DNA from: Alphaproteobacteria bacterium UBA2562
GTDB taxonomy: Bacteria > Pseudomonadota > Alphaproteobacteria > UBA2562
Direction of reading: 5' to 3'
Length of the DNA stretch: 44,103 nt
Assembly: GCA_002340345.1 (NCBI GenBank)
Contig: DDLW01000378.1
Location: 1 to 44,103 of the forward strand
The position numbers and the translations under genes are program-made. The notes under the pieces were generated by a model. The model had not been told where the DNA came from, made no database searches, and saw nothing but the letters and a program-made list of their open reading frames with translations. Of the stretch, positions 9,000 to 16,744 are shown piece after piece (within the stretch, counting starts at the first letter, position 1; each line of letters begins with the position of its first letter).

Positions 9000-11309
9000 T
9001 TAATCAGCCATTTCTGGCACTTTTTCTTTGCCGCCGCCTGGTTTTTTTTCTTTTTGCGGATCGGGATATTCGAAGTCTAAGGCTTTATCTTTCACAACGA
9101 CGCGAACAATGCCACCTTTTTCTAAGCGACCAAAGAGAAGTTCTTCAGCCAGGGGCCTTTTGATTTTATCTTGGATTAAGCGCCCCAAAGGCCGCGCGCC
9201 ATAAAGGCGATCATAACCACGATCTGCGAGCCATGTTCGGGCCTCATCACTCAACTCAATGGCAACATGGCGATCGGCTAATTGTGCCTCGAGCTGAATA
9301 ATAAATTTGTCCACAATCTGTGTAACAATCTCTTCACTCAGATAATCAAAGGGAATGATTGCATCCAAGCGATTGCGGAATTCAGGCGTAAAAGTGCGTT
9401 GTATGGCTTCTTCATCCGCCCCTTCACGGGTCTCGCGCATGAAACCAATGGCATTTTTCGCCATATCCGCTGCCCCAGCATTGGTCGTCATGATCAAAAT
9501 GACATTGCGGAAATCGATTGTTTTCCCATTATGATCTGTCAATTTGCCATGATCCATGACTTGCAACAGGATGTTGAACAGGTCAGAATGCGCTTTTTCG
9601 ATTTCATCGAGCAACAGAACACAATGGGGGTGCTGATCCACGCTATCTGTGAGCAATCCCCCTTGATCGAAACCGACATAGCCTGGAGGCGCCCCGATGA
9701 GCCGCGAGATCGAGTGGCGTTCCATATATTCAGACATGTCAAACCGCAAAAGCTCAACACCAAGAGATTTAGACAGCTGACGCGCCACTTCTGTCTTCCC
9801 AACACCCGTTGGTCCAGAAAACAGATAGCTGCCGATTGGCTTCTCAGGCTCTCGCAACCCAGCCCGCGCCAGTTTGATGGCACTGGACAAAGCTTCAATG
9901 GCCGCAGATTGACCAAAAACCATGGTTTTCAGGTCGCGCTCTAAATTTTTCAGCACTTCTTTGTCATTGTTGGAGACAGATTTTGGCGGAATGCGGGCGA
10001 TTTTCGCAACAACCGCCTCAATTTCTTTGACCCCAATCGTCTTACGCCGTCTTGATTCCGGCACTAATTTCTGCGCAGCCCCAACTTCATCAATCACATC
10101 AATGGCTTTATCCGGGAGCTTCCGGTCTGTGATATAGCGGGCGGAAAGATCAACAGCTGTTTTAATCGCATCTTGGGTGTAGCGAATTTTATGATGATCT
10201 TCGTAATAAGATTTAATGCCTTGCAAGATTTTCACAGCATCGGGGATCGACGGCTCTGGCACATCAATTTTTTGGAAGCGGCGGACAAGAGCCCGATCTT
10301 TTTCGAAATGGCTACGATATTCTTTATAGGTCGTGGACCCGATACAACGCAGCTGCCCAGAGGCCAAGGCTGGCTTCAAAAGATTAGACGCGTCCATCGC
10401 CCCGCCGCTCGTTGCGCCAGCGCCAATCACTGTATGAATCTCATCAATGAAAAGAACCGCATGCGGGCGTTTTTCAAGCTCTTTGAGAATCCCCTTTAAC
10501 CGTTCTTCGAAATCACCACGATAACGGGTGCCCGCCAGCAATGTCCCCATGTCCAAAGCATAAATAATCGCATCATTCAGCACATCAGGCACTTCTTTAT
10601 TCACAATGCGCCGTGCCAGACCTTCTGCGATCGCCGTTTTCCCGACACCAGGGTCCCCAACATAGAGGGGGTTATTTTTGGACCGCCGGCAAAGAATTTG
10701 GATGGTGCGTTCAACCTCATGTTCACGACCGATCAAGGGATCAATTTTGCCGCTTTCAGCTTTTTCATTGAGGTTAACACAATAGCTATCAAGGGATTCG
10801 CTGCCTTTTTTGCTGTCTTTCTCGTCGCCATCCTCATCATCGGCGCCGTGAAGAGGGCGCATTTCGCTCTCTCCTGGCACTTTTGCAATACCGTGAGAAA
10901 TATAGTTCACCACATCCAAGCGTGTCATATCATGCTGCTGTAAGAAATAAACAGCATGGCTTTCCCGTTCTGAGAACATAGCGACCAGAACATTGGCACC
11001 GGTCACCTCTTCACGCCCGGAAGATTGCACATGAATAGCAGCGCGTTGCAAAACCCTCTGGAAACCTGTGGTTGGTTTGGCGTCTTCCCCGCTGGTTGTA
11101 ATCAGATTAGACAGCTCATTATCGATATGGTCCATCACATCTTGCTGCAGAACATCAACATCAACACCGCAGGCGCGTAAAACAGCAAGGCAGTCTTGGT
11201 CTTTCGTTAAAGATAAGAGCAAATGCTCAAGGGTTGCATATTCATGCCGACGCTCATTGGCATAAGCAAGGGCACGGTGCAAAGTCTGTTCTAGGTTCTT
11301 CGAAAGCAT
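9000..11309 (-). CDS. clpA: ATP-dependent Clp protease ATP-binding subunit ClpA
   Basis: Two AAA+ modules (GDPGVGKT and GPTGVGKT Walker A motifs) and a Clp N-domain. It lies 6 nt downstream of clpS. Confidence 0.95.
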   Translation of the reverse strand: MLSKNLEQTLHRALAYANERRHEYATLEHLLLSLTKDQDCLAVLRACGVDVDVLQQDVMDHIDNELSNLITTSGEDAKPTTGFQRVLQRAAIHVQSSGREEVTGANVLVAMFSERESHAVYFLQQHDMTRLDVVNYISHGIAKVPGESEMRPLHGADDEDGDEKDSKKGSESLDSYCVNLNEKAESGKIDPLIGREHEVERTIQILCRRSKNNPLYVGDPGVGKTAIAEGLARRIVNKEVPDVLNDAIIYALDMGTLLAGTRYRGDFEERLKGILKELEKRPHAVLFIDEIHTVIGAGATSGGAMDASNLLKPALASGQLRCIGSTTYKEYRSHFEKDRALVRRFQKIDVPEPSIPDAVKILQGIKSYYEDHHKIRYTQDAIKTAVDLSARYITDRKLPDKAIDVIDEVGAAQKLVPESRRRKTIGVKEIEAVVAKIARIPPKSVSNNDKEVLKNLERDLKTMVFGQSAAIEALSSAIKLARAGLREPEKPIGSYLFSGPTGVGKTEVARQLSKSLGVELLRFDMSEYMERHSISRLIGAPPGYVGFDQGGLLTDSVDQHPHCVLLLDEIEKAHSDLFNILLQVMDHGKLTDHNGKTIDFRNVILIMTTNAGAADMAKNAIGFMRETREGADEEAIQRTFTPEFRNRLDAIIPFDYLSEEIVTQIVDKFIIQLEAQLADRHVAIELSDEARTWLADRGYDRLYGARPLGRLIQDKIKRPLAEELLFGRLEKGGIVRVVVKDKALDFEYPDPQKEKKPGGGKEKVPEMAD

Positions 11310-11315
11310 CCAGCC

Positions 11316-11642
11316 TCAATCCTTTTCCATTGTGCATTGAAGGGGATGTTGATTTTCACGCGCGAACTCAATGACCTGGGTCACTTTTGCTTCTGCGACC
11401 TCATAGGTAAAGACCCCACACACACCGACACCTTTACGATGAACTTGCAACATGATTTGTGTTGCATCTTCCCGGCTTTTGCCAAAAAAGCGCTCTAAAA
11501 CATGGACAACAAATTCCATCGGCGTGTAATCATCATTCAGCATCAACACCTTATACATGGAAGGCTTTTTAGTTTTCGGTTTCGCTTTTGTAACGACACC
11601 GGTGTCAGCCCCTCCATTTTCATCGCGGTCATTGCTGCTCAT
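11316..11642 (-). CDS. clpS: ATP-dependent Clp protease adaptor ClpS
   Basis: [20 protein letters not shown] core. I prefer the ATG at 11642 (GGTGAGG 6 nt upstream) over the GTG at 11654. Confidence 0.9.
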   Translation of the reverse strand: MSSNDRDENGGADTGVVTKAKPKTKKPSMYKVLMLNDDYTPMEFVVHVLERFFGKSREDATQIMLQVHRKGVGVCGVFTYEVAEAKVTQVIEFARENQHPLQCTMEKD

Positions 11643-12167
11643 GCCGTGCCTCACCTTTAAGATTGTTTCCTATACTGTTTTGCGAAGGGTGGCATGGTTT
11701 AGCTCTTTTTGAAACGCTAATGAATAGCCTGACACCAAAAATATATGAGGCATCCACGCCAAGAGTGAAGAGGGGATCTGTCATATTTCTTTCCCCAGAT
11801 CATCCTCTTTTCAGAATTTATCGTAATACGTCAATCAATTGAGTAGAGTCAGAACTGTCTTATTCTTATAAGAAACAACATGTTACTGCACAGCAATCAT
11901 TTTTGCACATGATTTTTGTGGATTAGAAAAAACAAAGAAAAAAATAGGTATCGTTTCAAAATTGAGAACCCTATCCTTAGCGCTCCTCCTTTTTCCTCAA
12001 AAGCCTTTTGCCGTGCCCCTCCTCCCCTTGGTTTTGCTTCAAGCACAGAAACGGGCAGCGAAATCCCCTTGGATCCTCTGCCGCGCGTCTGAGAGTGCGA
12101 GAGCCTTTCTTCTTCCGATGGCTCTTTAAGATAAAGGCTCTCTTTTGTCTCAAGGGAGAGATAAGTT

Positions 12168-12764
12168 CTATTTTAAAGGTTTGGTCCACAATTTCAGAGC
12201 GTCTGCAAAATTGCTTTGAAAAGGCTTCAAGGCCGTGTCTGCGGCTTCAAACGTCATTTGGGTCATTTTCGCACTTTGCGACACCATCGCCTCGACGGCA
12301 TTACGGGCGAAATTAGACTGCAACTGGAAGAGCTCTGTGCCACTTCTCGCCGCCATCATCGATTTCGCGGCTTCGCTTCCAGCTTTTTGTTGTTCTTGTG
12401 AAAAAGCTTGGAGTTCGCGAATCATGGCTTCAAGCAATTGCGTCATGGCTTGGCTTGTTTCCATACAGGCTGCAACGGCTGTTTGATTGATATTTTTATA
12501 TCCGGAAAAACTATTCGCGAGCATTTGTTGGTTTTTTTCAAGCTGATTTTGGATTTGTGCGGCAGGCGCCTGTGCTTGGGGCGTTTCTATCGCCTGAGAC
12601 GGTGTGGCAGCAGGCGTCGTTTTTGGGGCTGGTTGCGCTTGTTTTACAGTGGCTGCTACTGCTTTTTCAGGAGCAGCGGGTGCTGCTGCCTCTGGCGCGC
12701 TTTGTTTTGCTGTGCTTGCAGCCGTTTTACGAGTCGTAGAACGAGAGCGCGAGGTCAAAGCCAT
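12168..12764 (-). CDS. Phasin-family (PHA granule-associated) protein with an Ala/Pro-rich N-terminal low-complexity region
   Basis: The C-terminal ~120 aa is helical and resembles the Phasin_2 pattern (..FSQEQQKAGSEAAKSMMAARSGTELFQLQSNFARNAVEAMVSQ..). AGGAG RBS is present. The call rests on pattern memory only. Confidence 0.6.
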   Translation of the reverse strand: MALTSRSRSTTRKTAASTAKQSAPEAAAPAAPEKAVAATVKQAQPAPKTTPAATPSQAIETPQAQAPAAQIQNQLEKNQQMLANSFSGYKNINQTAVAACMETSQAMTQLLEAMIRELQAFSQEQQKAGSEAAKSMMAARSGTELFQLQSNFARNAVEAMVSQSAKMTQMTFEAADTALKPFQSNFADALKLWTKPLK

Positions 12765-13342
12765 GTTTCTTTCTCCTGATCCATATCACATATGACGTGT
12801 CATATTAAAATGAGGGGGGATACCGTCGTTATTCCGCCATCCACTTTTCGAAATAAAGAGCTGGACAACAACATTATCGATTGAGCTTAAAGCCTTACAA
12901 CAACGCACAAAATTTTTTAACATGTCCGCTCAAACGCCGCGCAAGACTTCACACCCGTCAAGACGATTCTTATTTTTTTAGGCTTATATCAAATCACCAT
13001 AGGTCATTTGATTTTATCGCCTCGCCTTTGTTGCATATTGCATTGCAACATTAAGTCTTATAGCAAGCGCCAAAATGGGTCAAGAAAGCTTTTCCGGGCC
13101 CAAAATAAACGCAGTCAGTGTGGAACATTCAAGCGATGACCAATTTTAAAAGCGATTTTATATAAAAATGACAATATTTCAGGTGGCAAGCAAGTCCAAG
13201 AGCCTATAGATTTGCGCTCGATCACCTTGTTCAAAAAAGACAGCATGGCTTCACGATTTCTTTCATTAAAAATGGGTAGAGTCTTTCTCTCTTAGATCTT
13301 TAAAGTCTCAACCTTTTATAACGCTATAAGGGAACAGCAAGC

Positions 13343-14107
13343 GTGACTTATTGTATCGCCATTCGTGTGAAACAAGGCCTCATTGCTCTTGCCGACGGGA
13401 GAATCACCGCTGGTTCCCAGGTCACTGTGGCCCGAAAATTAACAATGCATGGTCCAGATGGGAGTCGCTTTTTTATCATGACATCAGGGCTTCGGTCCGT
13501 CAGAGATAAAACCATCGCTTATATGAACCGCTATTGTGCAGAAAATCAAAAGAATGGTTTTCCAACATTGCTGGATGCGGCTGCGGCTTATTCAAAATTT
13601 TTACGTATGGTAAATGAGGAAGACGCCGAAACGTTAGAGCGCTCGAATTTATCTTTCAATTTACATACCCTGATTGGCGGGCAAATGGCCAAAGACCCCC
13701 ACCCAACAATTTTCCTGATTTACCCAGAAGGCAATTGGGTTGAGGTGAATGAACGCACCCCTTATTTAACCATTGGCGAGACCGGATATGGTAAGCCAAT
13801 TTTAGATCGCGCCTTAACCTATAACAGTGATGTGGAGGCCGCTTTAAAAGTCGCTTATCTGTCTTTTGATTCAACACGCTATAGCTCGGCGAATGTCGGC
13901 TACCCTATTGATATGGTCACTTATTATGAGAGCGACAAAAAATGGCGCGAAATTTCTTTTGAGATGGATGAACTCATTGCACAACGGCAATGGTGGAACG
14001 AAAATATCACAGGTCTTGTCCGTGAAATGCCAGACGGTCCCTGGGCAAAGTCTTTGACACTTTCCAAGACAGAACAGGACAGCCAAGAGGAGCCCCTCTC
14101 GACCTGA
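13343..14107 (+). CDS. Proteasome-type Ntn hydrolase, Anbu-like (ancestral beta subunit)
   Basis: GTG start. The N-terminus MTYCIAIRVKQGLIALADGR places Thr directly after the initiator Met. Counting Thr as residue 1, Asp17 and Lys31 follow, resembling the proteasome beta catalytic geometry. Length is about 250 aa. Confidence 0.6.
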   Translation: MTYCIAIRVKQGLIALADGRITAGSQVTVARKLTMHGPDGSRFFIMTSGLRSVRDKTIAYMNRYCAENQKNGFPTLLDAAAAYSKFLRMVNEEDAETLERSNLSFNLHTLIGGQMAKDPHPTIFLIYPEGNWVEVNERTPYLTIGETGYGKPILDRALTYNSDVEAALKVAYLSFDSTRYSSANVGYPIDMVTYYESDKKWREISFEMDELIAQRQWWNENITGLVREMPDGPWAKSLTLSKTEQDSQEEPLST

Positions 14108-14158
14108 AGATATTTGACTTTTCGCTCATAACAGCGTAAAAGCTCCTTTCTGAACAGA

Positions 14159-14193
14159 AAAAGCGGTCGGCTGTCACGACCGCTTTCTTGTTT
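14159..14193 (+). terminator. Rho-independent terminator after the Anbu-like gene
   Basis: AGCGGTCG-GCTGTCA-CGACCGCT followed by TTCTTGTTT. Confidence 0.7.
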
Positions 14194-14469
14194 CACAAAA
14201 TATTTTGCATCTTTGGGTCTGAGAACATCACTTTGCCTTTTCCGATCAAGCCAGGAAGAGCTTTTCTCAAAAACGCGACCCAAATGTGCCTTCTTGTCGT
14301 TTCCCGCATGTAATGATGCGTGTTTTGCGCTCGGGTTTCCCTGATGCGCCTGTAAAAACTTTTGCTCTCAAGAGAGCAGCTTGAAGGCGCTCTGATAACT
14401 CTACCAAGCCATGCTTTCGGACCGTAAAGTCAGGCTTGAGGATCGTTCTTGTCTCTGGAGAAATGCGTT

Positions 14470-14595
14470 ATGAAAACTTCTAGCTCTTTAAAAACATTAA
14501 AAAAGCGTGACCGTAACTGCCGGATTATCCGCCGCAAAGGTCGCATTTACGTCATTAATAAAAAGAATCCTCGCTTTAAAGCCCGCCAAGGTTAA
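14470..14595 (+). CDS. rpmJ: 50S ribosomal protein L36
   Basis: Hand translation gives [41 protein letters not shown] (41 aa), which fits the typical L36 pattern. It is absent from the ORF track because it is under 60 aa. Confidence 0.85.
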   Translation: MKTSSSLKTLKKRDRNCRIIRRKGRIYVINKKNPRFKARQG

Positions 14596-14632
14596 GGCAA
14601 AAAGCAAAATGTTATAGAGCGCATACCTCAAA

Positions 14633-14672
14633 ACAAAAACGCGTCTAACAGAGATGTTGGACGCGTTTTTGT
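14633..14672. terminator. Strong hairpin terminator after rpmJ (possibly bidirectional)
   Basis: ACAAAAACGCGTC..14-nt loop..GACGCGTTTTTGT, a 13-bp stem with A and T runs on either side. It is nested inside an outer inverted repeat, AAGCAAAATG..CATTTTGCTT. Confidence 0.75.
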
Positions 14673-14710
14673 TACAGCATTTTGCTTTAATATTCTGAAT
14701 CGGAAAAAAA

Positions 14711-14775
14711 GCTGTAAGTTTCTGTTTTTACTGCAAAATGGATCAAAGTGAGGGACCAATCACTTTGCCCTTTGC
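14711..14775 (-). repeat. Intergenic modular repeat, copy D (reverse orientation)
   Basis: The minus strand reads GGGCAAAGTGATTGGTCCCTCACTTTGATCCATTTTGCAGTAAAAACAGAAAC, which parallels copy B. Confidence 0.7.
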
Positions 14776-14801
14776 GTGCGCTGTTTTATCAACAGACCCT
14801 T

Positions 14802-15479
14802 CTATGAAGGGGGACGGCTCGCAGTACGGAGTTTTCCAGCTGCAATAATGGCTTGGGTTCTGTTATTAACTTTAAGAGCCTTTAAAATCCCAGCGATATG
14901 GATCTTGACGGTGCCTTCTGCAAGCCCCAACTCTCGTGCAATTTCTTTGTTGGACCGCCCTTCTGCTAAACAGGCTAAGACATCTTGTTGTCTTGGGGTC
15001 AAGCTATCGAGCCCAATAGCGTTATTGGAAACCATAGTCTCCATAGCAACTGGTATTATCGGGCGCTGAATGTCTTCTGATGCATCTTCTAGAACAAAGG
15101 GCGGCATATAAATTCCACCAGAAAGAATCAAGCGTAAGGCACTGACCATGATTTCTCGACTGGAGGATTTGGGGATATACCCTTTGGCGCCATAACTCAG
15201 AGACGCCCGAACATCGTGGCTTGATTCAGACGCGGAAACCACAACGATTTTGATATCTGGCCATTGGGCACGCAGCATTGAAAGGCCATTTTCTTGCTCC
15301 ATCCCCGGCATATTCAAGTCTAAGAGAAGCATGTCAATATTGCCTTGCTCGGACAGCAAAGATGTCACTTCCGTCAAACTATCCGCTTCTAAAATTTCCA
15401 ACTCACCACCGAGATCCTGGAGAATATAACGCATACCTTCGCGAAATAACGTATGGTCGTCTGCGACAAGAATAATCAT
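14802..15479 (-). CDS. Response regulator, NarL/FixJ family (REC + LuxR-type HTH)
   Basis: MIILVADDH...LLLDLNMPG receiver motifs. The C-terminal domain reads LTPRQQDVLACLAEGRSNKEIARELGLAEGTVKIHIAGILKAL. No histidine kinase is adjacent. Confidence 0.9.
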   Translation of the reverse strand: MIILVADDHTLFREGMRYILQDLGGELEILEADSLTEVTSLLSEQGNIDMLLLDLNMPGMEQENGLSMLRAQWPDIKIVVVSASESSHDVRASLSYGAKGYIPKSSSREIMVSALRLILSGGIYMPPFVLEDASEDIQRPIIPVAMETMVSNNAIGLDSLTPRQQDVLACLAEGRSNKEIARELGLAEGTVKIHIAGILKALKVNNRTQAIIAAGKLRTASRPPS

Positions 15480-15839
15480 AAGTGCAAACCTGACTAGAGA
15501 AAATCCTGAGGCGATGGATATATCACCGGCGATACATTTACATTTCTGAATAAACTAGCCAATCTAGTCTTTAAGCATGGCAATAGGAAACTGCATATAT
15601 AAGAAAAGCTATGATAAATAAAGAGGATTTAAAAATAAAAATAGATATTGATGTACTCTAATTCGCACCCTATTGAAGAGACAGCTTATTTATGTATGAA
15701 AGACTTTTTTACATCCTAATGACCAATATCCTATGCTGAAAGTCTTAAGACGTCAAGAGTAAGACGAAAAGAAGAGAGAGGCCATGCCCCAATGAATTCT
15801 ATCAGTGCTACTTTTCTATAATGCGCTGTCTTTCTAAGA

Positions 15840-16691
15840 TTATATGGTCTTCTGGACTGAAACGACTTTTCGACTTTGGGAGAATTTTCGAGAGACTTCT
15901 CCCAAAGGAGCTATATCCCAAAACCATTCTGAGTCAAGCTGGAAACCATGTTGATAAAGCAGGCGATCCTCAATCATAATTTCTCTTGTTAAGGCCTTCC
16001 CCTCTCGATCATAGTGTATTTTCTCTAAATCCGAAATAAGGCAAATATCTGCTTTTTGCCCGGCGAGCCATTCTAAATGCGTGTTTAAAAGATGATCTGC
16101 AAAAGCGTCAAAATCATCTTCTGGGATGATAGACTTTTCACCTAATTTTCTCTCAGCATAAGACAAAGGCACCGCTGGAAGCTGCGAAAGCAAATTCACC
16201 GAGAGAATCAAATCAACCTCATTCTGATCCTCAAGAAGACTCAGTTGAGGTTTTTTTTGAGGCATCGCGATATGTTCCCCAAGACGGGCCGCGTGAATCA
16301 CATGATGATAATCTTGCAAACAGCCTGTCAAATCCGCCATCATGAAGCGTACATTGTCATAACACCGCAATTTCCTCATAATCCAAGGAAGATGGAAAAG
16401 ATCGACGAGAATCACATCTTCAAAAGCCTCGGTGAGGCGATCCAAAGGAATATCATACAACAACGCCCCCCCAAGAATCACAATTTTCCGCCCCTTCCCA
16501 TCCGGGGTCTTTTGCAAAGTGCGATCAACAGCCCTTAGAATCGCTTTGTGGCACGCTTCAATATGAGGATGCCAGTCTTTTTTGCGGCGGTGATATCGGC
16601 TTTCAATGGCAATAACCTCGCTCAGATAGCCCATAGTCCTTAAAAAGCGCGGGGTGGGAACGATTAAACTTTTCAAAGCCTCTAAAAGCAA
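15840..16691 (-). CDS. Hypothetical protein, possible degenerate Rossmann/class I methyltransferase-like fold
   Basis: TTG start with AAAGGA 8 nt upstream. The pattern RKIVILGGALLYDIP..VILVDLFH..MMADLTG..DLILSVNLLSQLP resembles methyltransferase motifs I, II and IV, but the Gly-rich loop is atypical. The gene is visibly AT-richer than its neighbours. Confidence 0.45.
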   Translation of the reverse strand: MLLEALKSLIVPTPRFLRTMGYLSEVIAIESRYHRRKKDWHPHIEACHKAILRAVDRTLQKTPDGKGRKIVILGGALLYDIPLDRLTEAFEDVILVDLFHLPWIMRKLRCYDNVRFMMADLTGCLQDYHHVIHAARLGEHIAMPQKKPQLSLLEDQNEVDLILSVNLLSQLPAVPLSYAERKLGEKSIIPEDDFDAFADHLLNTHLEWLAGQKADICLISDLEKIHYDREGKALTREIMIEDRLLYQHGFQLDSEWFWDIAPLGEVSRKFSQSRKVVSVQKTI

Positions 16692-16744
16692 AATCTAAAT
16701 CCTTTATGAAAGCAATCACCTTATTGATTGAAAATTGCTGTTCT

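Noticed and set aside
9282-11265. ORFs antisense to clpA (9282..9944, 9539..9916, 10173..10499 and others)
   Set aside because: They are embedded in the clpA reading frame and have no motifs or RBS. They are shadow ORFs.
12216-12795. Five plus-strand ORFs overlapping the phasin gene
   Set aside because: They are artefacts of the GC-rich Ala/Pro-coding repeats read on the opposite strand. The translations are Cys/Arg/Leu-rich nonsense.
13924-14283. A 119-aa minus-strand ORF overlapping the 3' end of the Anbu-like gene
   Set aside because: It overlaps a better-supported CDS and reads through that gene's intrinsic terminator.
16250-16262. Homopolymer tracts of 8 A/T inside coding regions (about 16253 in the 283-aa gene and about 39143 in the tannase-like gene) as phase-variation switches
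   Set aside because: Eight bases is short for efficient slipped-strand switching. Nothing else suggests contingency loci.
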